64,000 bases of DNA, from the NCBI GenBank assembly GCA_032128115.1, contig JAQBHB010000078.1, positions 1 to 64,000 on the forward strand. The letters are read 5' to 3'. Every line of letters begins with the position of its first letter. Positions within the stretch are counted from its first letter, which is position 1. This document shows positions 31,615-41,752 of the stretch, one piece after another. The position numbers and the translations under genes were made by a program. This stretch comes from Deltaproteobacteria bacterium. Its GTDB lineage: Bacteria > Myxococcota_A > UBA9160 > SMWR01. The notes under the pieces were generated by a model that worked only from the letters and a program-made list of their open reading frames with translations, was not told where the DNA came from and ran no database searches.

Positions 31615-33489
31615 TCACAGCCAGCTGCTGATCAGCACGAAGGGCGACCAGTAGCTCGGGTGAGCGTAGTGGTGCACGCCCAACAGCTTCATCTGCGCCC
31701 GCCGCAGCGCCCCGGCACGCGAAACCGCCGGGTTGGCGAGCTGGGTGTAGAACTCGGTCACCAGATCCGTGGAAGCCTGGTCGTTGACCGACCACAGGGT
31801 CGCAAGCGCGCTGCGGGCGCCGGAGCGCAGGGCCACGCCCGCCAGGCCCAGAGCGGCCCGGTCGTCGCCGGCGGCCGTTCGGCAGGCGCTGAGCACGAGC
31901 AGCTCGAGCGGGCGCTCCTCGCGGAACCGGGTGGTGCCGATCACCGCGGCCAACTCGTTCATGGAGATCTTGGAGTCGTAGGCCACCAGGAAGCTCTGGG
32001 ACGGATCGCCGGAAAACTCGCCGTGGGAGGCGATGTGCACGATGCCGAAGGCTCGCTCGCTCACGGCCTCGTCGAAACGCTTGCGCTGGAAATCGCCATT
32101 CATGAGCGTTTCGCCCGGGAATCGGGACGTGACGTCCTGGATCTCCCGTGCCACGTTGTCCAGTGGCGGATAGCCCTGCACCGCGTCGGTGATTCCCGCG
32201 GCCAGCAGCTGCACGTGTTCCCGGTCGATGGGCTTGGGATCGGTGATCGTGAGCCCGGGCGTGATGGCGACCGACACCTTCTCCACCAGGAACTCCTGCG
32301 ACTTGCGATCGTTCAGCGCCGCGAACGGAATCGTCCGCAGAGACCCGCCCGGCACGAATACCAACGTATCCACGGAGCCATCCGTGAGCGCCGATTCCAC
32401 CGGGCGCACCAGCCAGTCGTAGAGATTGCGTGCGGGCCGCAGGTACTGGCGCGTGGTGCGCTTCTCCACCTTGTGGCGAAAGTCACGAACCTCGGCGATC
32501 AGCGTTTCGCGATCGACGTTCGAGACGTGGCTCTCGAGGTGCCCACCGCGGCTCACCACCAGCTCCAGGCGGTCCGGAAGCACGATCGGGTAGATCACCA
32601 GGGTGCGTGGGATCTCGTCGGGTCGGGCCTTGCGCTGGGCGTCCAGGCAGGGATCCCGGAAGTAGTCGCGCAGTTCGGCGGCGCGCCAGTCTTCCACCGT
32701 ATCGCGCGCCTCGGAGAGCAACGCCTGGCGCGCGCCACCCTCTGGGTCTGCCGCGCGCAGCAGCAGCAGATCCACCAGCTCCAGGTAGACCGGCTCGACC
32801 TCGCGCCGAAACGCCGCCTCGCCGGATCCGCCGGAAACGGCGAGCTGGGTGCGGATCTCCCCAAGCACCGCCACCGCCTGGCGGTAATCCTCAAGCGCCA
32901 GGTCGACCTCGCCCCCGGCCCGGTGGATGCGACCCAGCTGCCAGCGCCAGCGGTACAGGGCGTCCAGCGCGCTCGCCTGTTGGGCGGCGAACAGCGCGCG
33001 TCGCGTCAACTCCGCCGCGTCGTCGAGCCTCCCGTCGCGCTCGTAGATCTCTCCCAGGTAGCCCTGGGCATACGACAACAGACGCGGGTCTCCGGCCTCA
33101 TGGGCCGCCTCGGCGGCCCGCGTGAACGATTCCACCGCCAGCAGGGTCTGGGCGTTGCGCTGCACCGGGTCGGCGGCTGCGAGTATCAGGTGGGTGCGGC
33201 CCAGGTGGGTCAGGAATCGGGCGCGGGGGCCCGGTGCCAGGTCGGCGGCCTCGAGGCCCAGGGGAATCAGCTCGGCCCGGGCCCGCTCGCCTTGTCCGCT
33301 TTCGGCAGCCCGGCGCGCCTCGTGCGCCGCATCGAAGGGCGCCGGCAGATCCACATCCTCGGGGTCCCGGACGGGGGCCGGCACGGGCGAGCAGGCTGCG
33401 CCCGCGGGTGTCGCCTCGTCGGCGAGCGACCCGGGCCCCGGGAGCAGAGCCAGACCGGTGATCATCGTCAGCAGGAGTGCGAATCGCAT
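31615..33489 (-). CDS. Exported TPR-CHAT (caspase-like) protease
   Basis: Signal peptide, TPR helices, LYDWLVRP, HIASHGEF (catalytic His), LVLSACRTA (catalytic Cys), LWSVND, HPSYWSPF. Confidence 0.92.
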   Translation of the reverse strand: MRFALLLTMITGLALLPGPGSLADEATPAGAACSPVPAPVRDPEDVDLPAPFDAAHEARRAAESGQGERARAELIPLGLEAADLAPGPRARFLTHLGRTHLILAAADPVQRNAQTLLAVESFTRAAEAAHEAGDPRLLSYAQGYLGEIYERDGRLDDAAELTRRALFAAQQASALDALYRWRWQLGRIHRAGGEVDLALEDYRQAVAVLGEIRTQLAVSGGSGEAAFRREVEPVYLELVDLLLLRAADPEGGARQALLSEARDTVEDWRAAELRDYFRDPCLDAQRKARPDEIPRTLVIYPIVLPDRLELVVSRGGHLESHVSNVDRETLIAEVRDFRHKVEKRTTRQYLRPARNLYDWLVRPVESALTDGSVDTLVFVPGGSLRTIPFAALNDRKSQEFLVEKVSVAITPGLTITDPKPIDREHVQLLAAGITDAVQGYPPLDNVAREIQDVTSRFPGETLMNGDFQRKRFDEAVSERAFGIVHIASHGEFSGDPSQSFLVAYDSKISMNELAAVIGTTRFREERPLELLVLSACRTAAGDDRAALGLAGVALRSGARSALATLWSVNDQASTDLVTEFYTQLANPAVSRAGALRRAQMKLLGVHHYAHPSYWSPFVLISSWL

Positions 33490-33547
33490 ACCACTTCGCT
33501 TCGCGGCCTCGACTTTTCGCGCGGAATCGATTCTACCCCGCGGCGCC

Positions 33548-35296
33548 TCAGGGAAGGGCGTCGAAGGGGGTCACCGTGATGCGGAACGAGATGCCGTGAT
33601 CCTGCAGGTCGCCGCTGCGATCGAGTCCATCGGTGAGTTGACCGCCCCAGTAGATCTCGCCCTTCAGCCACTGCCAGGGCGAGACCCGCAGGCCCATTCC
33701 CATGCTGACCAGGGTGTTGCTCGGGAGCCCGATGCCGTTGTCCCAGGCGTGGGCGAAGTCGACGAAGGGCACCACCTGCAGCAGCGGACGGCCCAGCGGC
33801 TCGCGCCACACGGGCACGCGAAACTCCACGGAGCCCACCACTGCGTTGTCGCGCACCAACTCGTTCTCGCGGTAGCCGCGCACGCTCTCGATGCCACCCA
33901 CTGCGATCTTTTCCATCACCAGCAGGGGGTCGTCGGCCACCTGCACGTCCAGGCGCGCCAGCGACTCGGAAGGCCAGACGCTCTCGAAGAGACGGTGGGC
34001 CCACTGGGCCTGGCCCAGCCAGGCCACGAACTCGCCGTCGGCGCCGCGGGGGACAACGCTGGTCGTGGCGCCCAGGATGTCCAGGCCGACGCTCAGCGTC
34101 GAACGGGCCGCGATCACGTCGCGGGTTGAGCGATGCGTCCAGTCGGCCACCGTCCGCAGCACGCTCACCACCGGCGTGCAGTCGACGACACCGGGCTGGA
34201 ACTGCACGCACTCGTTTCCCAGGCCCAGCGGATCCCAACGTGTCTCGCTGTCGCGCCATTCGCCCAGGAGCCCCAGCCACAGCTCGGCGGATGGGCTGCG
34301 GTAGAAGGGGTGGCGAAGCGAGATGCCGTAGGTGCGGGTGTCGCTCTGGATCTCGAGCACATCGAAGGGCGATTCCACCACGAGGCCGTTGCTGTCTTGA
34401 AAGGCCAGACGCAGGCGCGTGCCCGCCGCCGTCAGGGGCACCTCGTAGAAGGCGTCGTATTCGCGCAGGCCCTCGGTCACGTGGACCACGCCGGTCAGCA
34501 CGTCGCCCCGCCCCAACAAATTGGCCACGTCTAGGCTGAAGATGCCGCCCTCGGCGCCGATGGCAGGCGACTCGTCATTGGCAGCCACCAGGGCCAGGGC
34601 GTAGGGGCGCGCCTCGTCCACGCTGAGCAGCAGCAGACTCTCGCCGCGCACCTCTCCGGGAATCAGGCGCGCCCGCACCTGGCTCACCCAGCGATCCCGC
34701 TGCAGGAGTTGGAGCTCCTCTTCCAGGCTGCGGACGTTCAAGGGAGCCCGACCGGCGCGCAGCAGGCGGCTGCGAAAGAAGCCGGAACGGAAGTGCCGGG
34801 TGCCCTCCACCCGGACGTCGCCGAGCCCCCCCTCCACCACCTGGATCCGGACCACGCCGTCGTCTACGCCCTGATCGGGAACCACGGCGCCGGAGGTGAC
34901 GTATCCGTGGCGGATGTAGAAGGCGGTCACGGCCTCGACGGCGTCCAGGAGTTCTTCCGAGCTGATGGCCCGTCCGGCCCACGGCGCCACCACTCCCGCC
35001 AGCTCGTCCTGTGTGAAGACGGTACTGCCCTCGAACTCGAAGGCCCGGACCTGGACCTCGCGCCCGCTGGAGAGCTGCCCCGGCTCGTCCCGGGGCGGCG
35101 GGGGAATGGGCGGAAGCGCCAGCGGCGACTCGGCCTCCTCGCCGGGCTCGAACTCCTCGAGCACGGGGCGCTCCTGCGCAGGGCCGAAGCGAGGCTGGGC
35201 CGCGGCCGGCGCGAGAAATCCCCCTAGCGGCGGCATCGCGAGCGGGGCCATCCAGAGCAGGGCCCATCGGCCCAAGCGTCTCGGTGCGCGTTGCAT
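33548..35296 (-). CDS. ShlB/FhaC/HecB (TpsB/Omp85) outer-membrane transporter
   Basis: POTRA (YIRHGYVTSGA, QVVEG), loop-6 motif SVRGYREN, terminal beta-strands; start approximate. Confidence 0.9.
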   Translation of the reverse strand: MQRAPRRLGRWALLWMAPLAMPPLGGFLAPAAAQPRFGPAQERPVLEEFEPGEEAESPLALPPIPPPPRDEPGQLSSGREVQVRAFEFEGSTVFTQDELAGVVAPWAGRAISSEELLDAVEAVTAFYIRHGYVTSGAVVPDQGVDDGVVRIQVVEGGLGDVRVEGTRHFRSGFFRSRLLRAGRAPLNVRSLEEELQLLQRDRWVSQVRARLIPGEVRGESLLLLSVDEARPYALALVAANDESPAIGAEGGIFSLDVANLLGRGDVLTGVVHVTEGLREYDAFYEVPLTAAGTRLRLAFQDSNGLVVESPFDVLEIQSDTRTYGISLRHPFYRSPSAELWLGLLGEWRDSETRWDPLGLGNECVQFQPGVVDCTPVVSVLRTVADWTHRSTRDVIAARSTLSVGLDILGATTSVVPRGADGEFVAWLGQAQWAHRLFESVWPSESLARLDVQVADDPLLVMEKIAVGGIESVRGYRENELVRDNAVVGSVEFRVPVWREPLGRPLLQVVPFVDFAHAWDNGIGLPSNTLVSMGMGLRVSPWQWLKGEIYWGGQLTDGLDRSGDLQDHGISFRITVTPFDALP

Positions 35297-35320
35297 CCAC
35301 CCCTGCTGTCCCCGAGCCAA

Positions 35321-35348
35321 GTCGGGGCCGCATTGTCGGGGCCGCATT
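35321..35348. repeat. Perfect 14-bp tandem repeat GTCGGGGCCGCATT x2
   Basis: Copies at 35321-35334 and 35335-35348, overlapping a minus-strand TATAAT (35351-35346). Confidence 0.85.
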
Positions 35349-35401
35349 ATATGGGGGGCGAGCGACCTCTGTGGGCTTCCTCCTCCCTGTATGCTGGGGG
35401 C

Positions 35402-36133
35402 GTGGCGACGATCTCCCAGGAGGCCAAGCGCGAACTTCTGGCCCGCGCACCACTGTTTTCCAGGCTCTCCCCCGGGCAGTTGGACGAGATGGCGGCGTCT
35501 GCTCGTATCCGGCGACTCGCCGTGAAGCAGGAGTTGTTCCACAAGGGCGACGAGGGCAGTCAGGTCTACGCCGTGGCCAGCGGCCGGCTCAAGGCGTTCA
35601 CCACCTCGAGCGAGGGCGACGACGTGGTCTTCGACATCATCGGACCCGGCGAGCTGATCGGCGAGATCGCGCTGCTGGGAGGCACGCCGCGCACGGCGAC
35701 GGTCACGGCCCTCGAACCGTGCGAGCTGCTCGTGATCGACCGACGCGAGTTCCTGGCATTCCTCGAGCGGAACCCGGACGCGGCCGTCGAGCTGCTGCGG
35801 GTGCTGGCGGTGCGCATCAAACACCTGAGCGAACTCGTCGAGGACACCCTGTTCTTGAACCTGCCCCTGCGGCTGGCCAAGAAGCTGACCGCCCTTTGCC
35901 GGATCTACGGCCAGCCGACGGCCGACGGCGTGCGCGTGGATCTCAAGCTCTCCCAGGAGGAATGGGGCGACCTGGTGGGCACCACGCGCGAGAGCATCAA
36001 CAAGCAGCTGCGCCAGTGGACCCAGGAGGGTTTCCTCCGGGTGGACGGCGGCTACATCGTGATCCTGCGGCCCGACGCCCTCGAGGAACTGGCCGGCGAG
36101 CCGGGCGTCGCGCCTCGGATTCGGGCACACTGA
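35402..36133 (+). CDS. Crp/Fnr family cNMP-binding transcriptional regulator
   Basis: GELIGEIALLGGTPRTATV phosphate-binding cassette; HTH SQEEWGDLVGTTRESINK. Confidence 0.92.
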   Translation: MATISQEAKRELLARAPLFSRLSPGQLDEMAASARIRRLAVKQELFHKGDEGSQVYAVASGRLKAFTTSSEGDDVVFDIIGPGELIGEIALLGGTPRTATVTALEPCELLVIDRREFLAFLERNPDAAVELLRVLAVRIKHLSELVEDTLFLNLPLRLAKKLTALCRIYGQPTADGVRVDLKLSQEEWGDLVGTTRESINKQLRQWTQEGFLRVDGGYIVILRPDALEELAGEPGVAPRIRAH

Positions 36134-36137
36134 TTTG

Positions 36138-37397
36138 ATGCTCTCCTGGGCCTTTCTGGCGGCAAGCCTCGTGGGTGCGGCGTTCACCCTCAACGCCTAC
36201 TTCCCGCGCCTGCGTCGCGGCGTCCTGATCGTTCCGAGCTTCTTCGCGGGCTGGCTCACCAGCGAACTCGCCGCCCACCACATCGCCTGGCAGGTCGTCG
36301 CCACGCTGGCGTTCAGCTTTGCCGGCGCCCTGGGCGCCTGGCCCGGTTGGCTGGGCCTCGGGATCAGCGCCGTGTCGTGGCTGGCACTGGGGGCGCTGAT
36401 CGTCCAGGCCCGCGCCACCGACGCCCAGGTCGAGGCGGCGTTGCTCGAGGGGCTGGGAGCGGGATACAGGGAGCAGTTCCCGCCCGAGCTTCGCGAGCGC
36501 CTAGCGCTGCCGTTTTCGCGCCGCCGTCTGCTCGTCCCCTTTCACCTGCACAACCGCGAGCACGTGAGACGCACGCGCAACATCGAATACGTGCCGGGCG
36601 GCGGACACCGAAACCAGCTGGACGTGTACGCGCCGCAGTGCGGTGCGCGCAACGCGCCCGTGCTCCTGCAGATTCACGGAGGCGCCTGGATCATCGGAAA
36701 CAAGCGCGAACAGGCGCTACCGCTCATGAATCACCTGGCTGCCAACGGCTGGATCTGCGTCGCCACCAACTATCGACTGAGCCCCCGCGCCACGTTTCCC
36801 GACCATCTGGTCGACGTGAAGCGCGCACTCCACTGGGTTCGCGAAAACATCGCAGGGTTCGGCGGCGATCCGGACTTCGTGGTCGCCACCGGCGGCTCGG
36901 CGGGCGGACACCTCTCGTCCCTGCTGGCTCTCACGGCGAACGACCCGGAGTATCAGCCGGGCTTCGAGGGGGTGGACACCTCCGTGCGGGCTTGCGTTCC
37001 CTTCTACGGCGTCTACGACTTCACCAACCGCCTGGGTCACCCGACCGATCGGGGACTCGAGACCTTCCTGGCGGAGCGCGTCATGAAGCGACACATCGAC
37101 GACGACCGCGGGGCCTACGAACGGGCATCGCCGGTCTTTCGCACGCACGGCGACGCGCCTCCGTTCTATGTGGTGCATGGCACCCACGACAGCCTGGCGC
37201 CGGTGGCCGACGCTCGCGAGTTCACCCGGCTGCTGCGCGAAAACTCGCGGTCGCCGGTGGTCTACGCCGAACTCCCCCGGGCCCAGCACGCCTTCGAGAT
37301 CTTCCACTCGCCTCGCACCGCGCACGTCGTGCGCAGCGTCGATCGCTTCCTGGCGGCGATCCACTTCGCCTACCGGAGTCGACGCGCCGCCGCCTGA
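36138..37397 (+). CDS. Membrane-anchored alpha/beta hydrolase (esterase/lipase, HSL-like)
   Basis: 3 N-terminal TM segments; HGGAW, GGSAGGHL, HGTHDSL, AQHAFE. Confidence 0.9.
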   Translation: MLSWAFLAASLVGAAFTLNAYFPRLRRGVLIVPSFFAGWLTSELAAHHIAWQVVATLAFSFAGALGAWPGWLGLGISAVSWLALGALIVQARATDAQVEAALLEGLGAGYREQFPPELRERLALPFSRRRLLVPFHLHNREHVRRTRNIEYVPGGGHRNQLDVYAPQCGARNAPVLLQIHGGAWIIGNKREQALPLMNHLAANGWICVATNYRLSPRATFPDHLVDVKRALHWVRENIAGFGGDPDFVVATGGSAGGHLSSLLALTANDPEYQPGFEGVDTSVRACVPFYGVYDFTNRLGHPTDRGLETFLAERVMKRHIDDDRGAYERASPVFRTHGDAPPFYVVHGTHDSLAPVADAREFTRLLRENSRSPVVYAELPRAQHAFEIFHSPRTAHVVRSVDRFLAAIHFAYRSRRAAA

Positions 37398-37406
37398 GGC
37401 CCTCCG

Positions 37407-38138
37407 GTGACACGAGATCAGGAAGATCGGGCCCCGGAAGCGATCTTCCAGGCGCGCGGAATCTCCAAGGTCTATCAGGTTGGCGAGGTGCGGGTACACG
37501 CCCTGCGACAGGTCGACCTCGACCTCTTCCGCGGCGAACTGGTGGTCTTCCTGGGCCCCTCGGGCAGCGGCAAGTCCACCCTGTTCAACATCCTGGGCGG
37601 CCTGGACGTGCCCACCACCGGCAGCGTCCGCTTCCGGGGACAGGACCTCACCGGCGAGAGCGACCGCGATCTCACGAACCACCGGCGCCGGTACGTGGGC
37701 TACGTCTTCCAGTTCTACAACCTGATCCCGAGCCTCACCGCCCGCGAGAACGTGGCCCTGGTGACCGAAATCGCAGAAGACCCCATGACGCCGGAAGAGG
37801 CGCTCGACCTGGTGAACCTGGGCGATCGCCTGGATCATTTCCCGGCCCAACTATCGGGTGGCGAGCAGCAGCGGGTGGCCATCGCGCGCGCCGTGGCGAA
37901 GCGACCGACCGTGCTGCTCTGCGACGAACCCACCGGCGCCCTCGACTTCGAGACGGGAAAGGTCGTGCTCGAGGTACTGGAGATGACCAACCGCGAGCTG
38001 GGCACCACCACCGCCGTCATCACCCACAACGCCGCCATTGCCGGCATGGCCGACCGGGTGGTGCGCATGCGCAGCGGCCGCGTGGTGGAGGTGAGCCGCA
38101 ACGAGCAGCGCTTGCCGCCCGGCGAGCTCGAGTGGTGA
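37407..38138 (+). CDS. ABC transporter ATP-binding protein (LolD/MacB-like)
   Basis: [32 protein letters not shown]. Confidence 0.94.
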   Translation: MTRDQEDRAPEAIFQARGISKVYQVGEVRVHALRQVDLDLFRGELVVFLGPSGSGKSTLFNILGGLDVPTTGSVRFRGQDLTGESDRDLTNHRRRYVGYVFQFYNLIPSLTARENVALVTEIAEDPMTPEEALDLVNLGDRLDHFPAQLSGGEQQRVAIARAVAKRPTVLLCDEPTGALDFETGKVVLEVLEMTNRELGTTTAVITHNAAIAGMADRVVRMRSGRVVEVSRNEQRLPPGELEW

Positions 38139-38145
38139 GCGACAC

Positions 38146-40509
38146 ATGAGGCCCCTGCATCGCAAGCTCCTGCGCGACCTGCGCCTGCTGCAAAGCCAGG
38201 TGATCGCCATTGCGTTGGTGGTGGCTTCGGGCGTCGCCACGGTCGTGACCACGCGCATCGCGTACGAATCGCTGGTGGTGTCGCGGTCCGAGTACTACGC
38301 GCGCTACCGGTTCGCCGACGTCTTCGCTCACGCCAAGCGCGCGCCGGAGACGCTGCGGATCCATCTGGAGACGATTCCCGGCGTCGCCGCCGTCGAGACC
38401 CGCATCGTGGCCGAGGTGACCCTCGACGTGCCGGGCCTGGCCGAGCCCGCCACCGGTCGACTCGTCTCGCTGCCGGAACACCGCGAGCCGGCCCTCAACG
38501 GCGTCAGATTGCAGCGCGGGCGTCCGCTTGCGCCCGGGCAACGCGACGAGGTGATCGCGAGCGAGTCGTTCGCCGAAGCCAACGGCCTGCAGCCGGGCGA
38601 TCGACTGGGCGCCGTGCTCAACGGCCGCTGGCAAGAGCTGCGAATCGTGGGGATCGGACTCTCGCCCGAATACATCTACGAGATCCGCGGCACTGACCTG
38701 TTCCCCGATCCCGAGCGCTTCGGGGTGCTGTGGATGAGCCGCGAGGCACTGGGCCCCGCCTTCCAGATGGAGGGCGCCTTCAACGATGTCTCGCTCCGTC
38801 TGGCCTCCGACGCCGTCGAGGCGGACGTAATCGGGCGTTTGGATCGCCTGCTGGAACGCTACGGCGGGCTGGGAGCCTACGGCCGCAGCGAACAGCTCTC
38901 GGACAGCTTCATCTCCGACGAGATCAAGCAGAACCGGGTCTTCGGCACCATCATCCCGGCGATCTTCCTGGGGGTGGCGGGGTTCCTGCTCAACATCGTG
39001 CTGTCGCGACTGGTGGCGACCCAACGCGATCAGATCGCCGTGCTCAAGGCGTTTGGCTACACGAACCGCACAATCGCCCTGCACTACCTGGAGTTCTCCC
39101 TGGCGGCCGTCCTCCTGGGTTCGCTGTTGGGCACGGGCGCGGGACTCTGGCTCGGCTCGCAGGTGCTGGAACTCTACAAGCAGGTCTATCGCATCCCCAT
39201 GATGCGCTTCGACCCTGGCGCCAGCGTGGTCCTGCTGGCGGTGGGGGTGAGCGCCGCAGCCGCCGTCGTGGGAGCCCTGGGCGCCGTGCGTCGTGCACTC
39301 GCCCTCTCCCCCGCCGCGGCCATGCGCCCCGAGCCTCCCGCACGCTTCCACCCGGGATGGCTGGAGCGGGCGGGGCTGATTGGCCTGCTTCCCACGTCCG
39401 TCCGCATGATCTGGCGCAACCTCACGCGCCGCCCGGCGCGCGCAGTGCTCTCTACACTGGGCATCGCCCTGGCAGTGGCCATCCTGATCGTGGGCCATCA
39501 CTTCATCGCGGCGATCGAGCACCTGGCGGATGTGCAGTTCCGCATCGCCCAACGCGAGGATCTGACCGTCGCGTTCCACGAGCCGCGCCCGGCTGGCGCG
39601 CGCCACGCCCTGGCAGCGCTGCCTGGCGTCGTCCGGGCCGAGCCGTTCCGCGTGGTGTCGGCGCGCCTGCGCTTTGGACACGCCTCGCGCCGGGTGCCCC
39701 TGTTCGGGTTGGAGTCCACGGGCGAGCTTCGCCGCATCGTGGGCGAAGACATGCGCATCGCCGAGATTCCGCCGGACGGGGTGCTGCTCACGAGCATGCT
39801 GGCCGAGCGCCTGAATGCGGTGCCTGGCGACCGCGTGACCGTCGAGGTCCTCGAGGGGTCGAGACCCGTTCGCGAGATCGTCATCGCCGCGACGGTGAAC
39901 GAGGTGATGGGTCTGCAGGCCTACATGGATAGCCGTGTCCTGCGGCGCCTGCTGCGCGAGGCCGGAACCGTTTCGGGCGCGTTCCTTCGCGTCGACGCCC
40001 TGGCGGCGCCGGCACTCCACACCGAGCTCAAGCGCATGCCGGCCGTTGCCGGCGCCACCTCGCGATCCGCCACCCTGGCGAGTTTCGAGAAGACCCTGGG
40101 AGAGAGTCTGGGCATCTTCACGACGATGCTGGGGCTGTTCGCCAGCGTGATCGCCGCGGCCGTCGTCTACAACGCGGCGCGTATCGCGCTCTCGGAGCGT
40201 TCGCGCGAGCTGGCGAGCCTGCGGGTGCTTGGCTTCACGCGCCGCGAGATCAGCGCCCTGCTGCTGGGGGAGCAGGGATTCCTGACCCTGATCGCACTAC
40301 CCCTCGGATTCGCGATCGGCTATCGCCTGTGTCAGGCGATTTCGCTCTCGTATCAGTGGGATCTGTTCCGCATGCCGCTGCACCTGACGAGGGAGACCTA
40401 CGGCTACGCGTTCGGCGTGATCACCGCCGCCGCGCTGGCTTCGGGGCTCGTCGTGCGCCGGCGGCTCGACCGCCTCGACCTGGTGTCCGTCCTGAAGGAA
40501 CGGGAGTGA
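38146..40509 (+). CDS. FtsX/MacB-like ABC permease (duplicated)
   Basis: Two FtsX-like repeats ([20 protein letters not shown]) with periplasmic domains. Confidence 0.9.
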   Translation: MRPLHRKLLRDLRLLQSQVIAIALVVASGVATVVTTRIAYESLVVSRSEYYARYRFADVFAHAKRAPETLRIHLETIPGVAAVETRIVAEVTLDVPGLAEPATGRLVSLPEHREPALNGVRLQRGRPLAPGQRDEVIASESFAEANGLQPGDRLGAVLNGRWQELRIVGIGLSPEYIYEIRGTDLFPDPERFGVLWMSREALGPAFQMEGAFNDVSLRLASDAVEADVIGRLDRLLERYGGLGAYGRSEQLSDSFISDEIKQNRVFGTIIPAIFLGVAGFLLNIVLSRLVATQRDQIAVLKAFGYTNRTIALHYLEFSLAAVLLGSLLGTGAGLWLGSQVLELYKQVYRIPMMRFDPGASVVLLAVGVSAAAAVVGALGAVRRALALSPAAAMRPEPPARFHPGWLERAGLIGLLPTSVRMIWRNLTRRPARAVLSTLGIALAVAILIVGHHFIAAIEHLADVQFRIAQREDLTVAFHEPRPAGARHALAALPGVVRAEPFRVVSARLRFGHASRRVPLFGLESTGELRRIVGEDMRIAEIPPDGVLLTSMLAERLNAVPGDRVTVEVLEGSRPVREIVIAATVNEVMGLQAYMDSRVLRRLLREAGTVSGAFLRVDALAAPALHTELKRMPAVAGATSRSATLASFEKTLGESLGIFTTMLGLFASVIAAAVVYNAARIALSERSRELASLRVLGFTRREISALLLGEQGFLTLIALPLGFAIGYRLCQAISLSYQWDLFRMPLHLTRETYGYAFGVITAAALASGLVVRRRLDRLDLVSVLKERE

Positions 40510-40516
40510 GGACGCC

Positions 40517-41743
40517 ATGAACCTGCCGAAGCTGCCGCGCCCCGCACTCGTCGCACTGGCCATCGCCGCGGTGTTGCTGTTGCTGTTCCTGGCGTTCCGG
40601 GACGATCCGGTGGCCGTGGACGCGGCCCTGGTCACCCGCGGGCCGTTGCGAGTGACCGTCGACGAAGACGGCGAGGCGCGCGTTCGCAAGCGCTTCGTGA
40701 TGGCGGCCCCTACCACCGGGCGCCTGCTGCGGATCGCAGTGGACGAGGGCGATCCGGTGGAAGCCGGCGCCGTCCTGGCCCACATCCAGCCGGTGCCACT
40801 CGACGCGCGCGACCACGCCGGCGCCCAGGCGCGCCTGGAGGCGGCAGAAGCCACCAAGCGTTCGGCCGACGCCCGGGTGGCGCAATCGCGGGCCACTCTC
40901 GAGCAGGCGCGCCGCAAGGTCACGCGAGCGGACCAGCTCCTGGAAGCGGGCACTCTCTCCACGGAGGAATACGAGCAGGCGCTCCTGGGCGAAACCAGCA
41001 GCGAGCAGGAGCACGAAGCGGCGCGTTTCGCGGCCCAGGCGGCCGAGAGCGAGGAGGCCGCTGCGCGGGCGGCGCTGCTGGCATCCGGCACGCCCCAACC
41101 GGGGCCTGGTGCTCCGGACGGCGGCTGCGCGGGCTCCGCGTGCTTCCACGTGCTGTCGCCCATCAGCGGGCGCGTATTGCGGGTGCTCGAGGAGAGCGAG
41201 CGGATCGTGACCGCCGGCCTCCCCCTGCTGGTGGTTGGCGACCCGTCGGCGTTGGAGATCGTGGTGGACGTGCTGTCCACCGACGCAGTGCGGATCTCCC
41301 CCGGAGCCACCCTGCTCGTGGAAGACTGGGGCGGTGAGCAGGCGCTCGAAGCGCGGGTGCGGCAGGTGGAGCCCTCGGGCTTCACCAAGATCTCGGCCCT
41401 GGGGGTCGAGGAGCAGCGTGTGAACGTGATCGCCGACCTGTTGGCGCCCGCACCCGGCCTGGGCGACGGCTACCGGGTGGAAGCGCGCATCGTGGTATGG
41501 GAAGCCGACGACGTGCTTCGCGTACCGGCGAGCGCCCTGTTCCGCCAGGGCAAGCGCTGGTCGGTGTTCGTGCTCGACGCGGGACGCGCTCGCCTGCGCG
41601 CCGTGGACGTGGGAGAACGCGGCACCCTGCAGGTGCAGGTGCGCGAGGGGCTGACCGAGGGCGAACTCGTGATCGTGCACCCCAGTGATCGCGTGGCGGA
41701 CGGTGTACGCGTCGGAACCACGCCGGTGGATCAGGGGAGCTAA
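40517..41743 (+). CDS. Efflux periplasmic adaptor (membrane fusion protein)
   Basis: N-terminal anchor, lipoyl halves, coiled coil, GFTKISALGVEEQRV. Confidence 0.9.
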   Translation: MNLPKLPRPALVALAIAAVLLLLFLAFRDDPVAVDAALVTRGPLRVTVDEDGEARVRKRFVMAAPTTGRLLRIAVDEGDPVEAGAVLAHIQPVPLDARDHAGAQARLEAAEATKRSADARVAQSRATLEQARRKVTRADQLLEAGTLSTEEYEQALLGETSSEQEHEAARFAAQAAESEEAAARAALLASGTPQPGPGAPDGGCAGSACFHVLSPISGRVLRVLEESERIVTAGLPLLVVGDPSALEIVVDVLSTDAVRISPGATLLVEDWGGEQALEARVRQVEPSGFTKISALGVEEQRVNVIADLLAPAPGLGDGYRVEARIVVWEADDVLRVPASALFRQGKRWSVFVLDAGRARLRAVDVGERGTLQVQVREGLTEGELVIVHPSDRVADGVRVGTTPVDQGS

Positions 41744-41752
41744 ACTGGAGCC

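Noticed and set aside
29709..33489. Cyclase plus caspase-like protease as a CBASS/Pycsar-type anti-phage system
   Set aside because: The CHAT protein has a signal peptide and the cyclase is a CHASE2 membrane receptor; this fits envelope signalling rather than known defence architectures
33548..36193. 881-aa version of TpsB
   Set aside because: The N-terminal ~300 aa are antisense to the crp gene; the real start is near 35296
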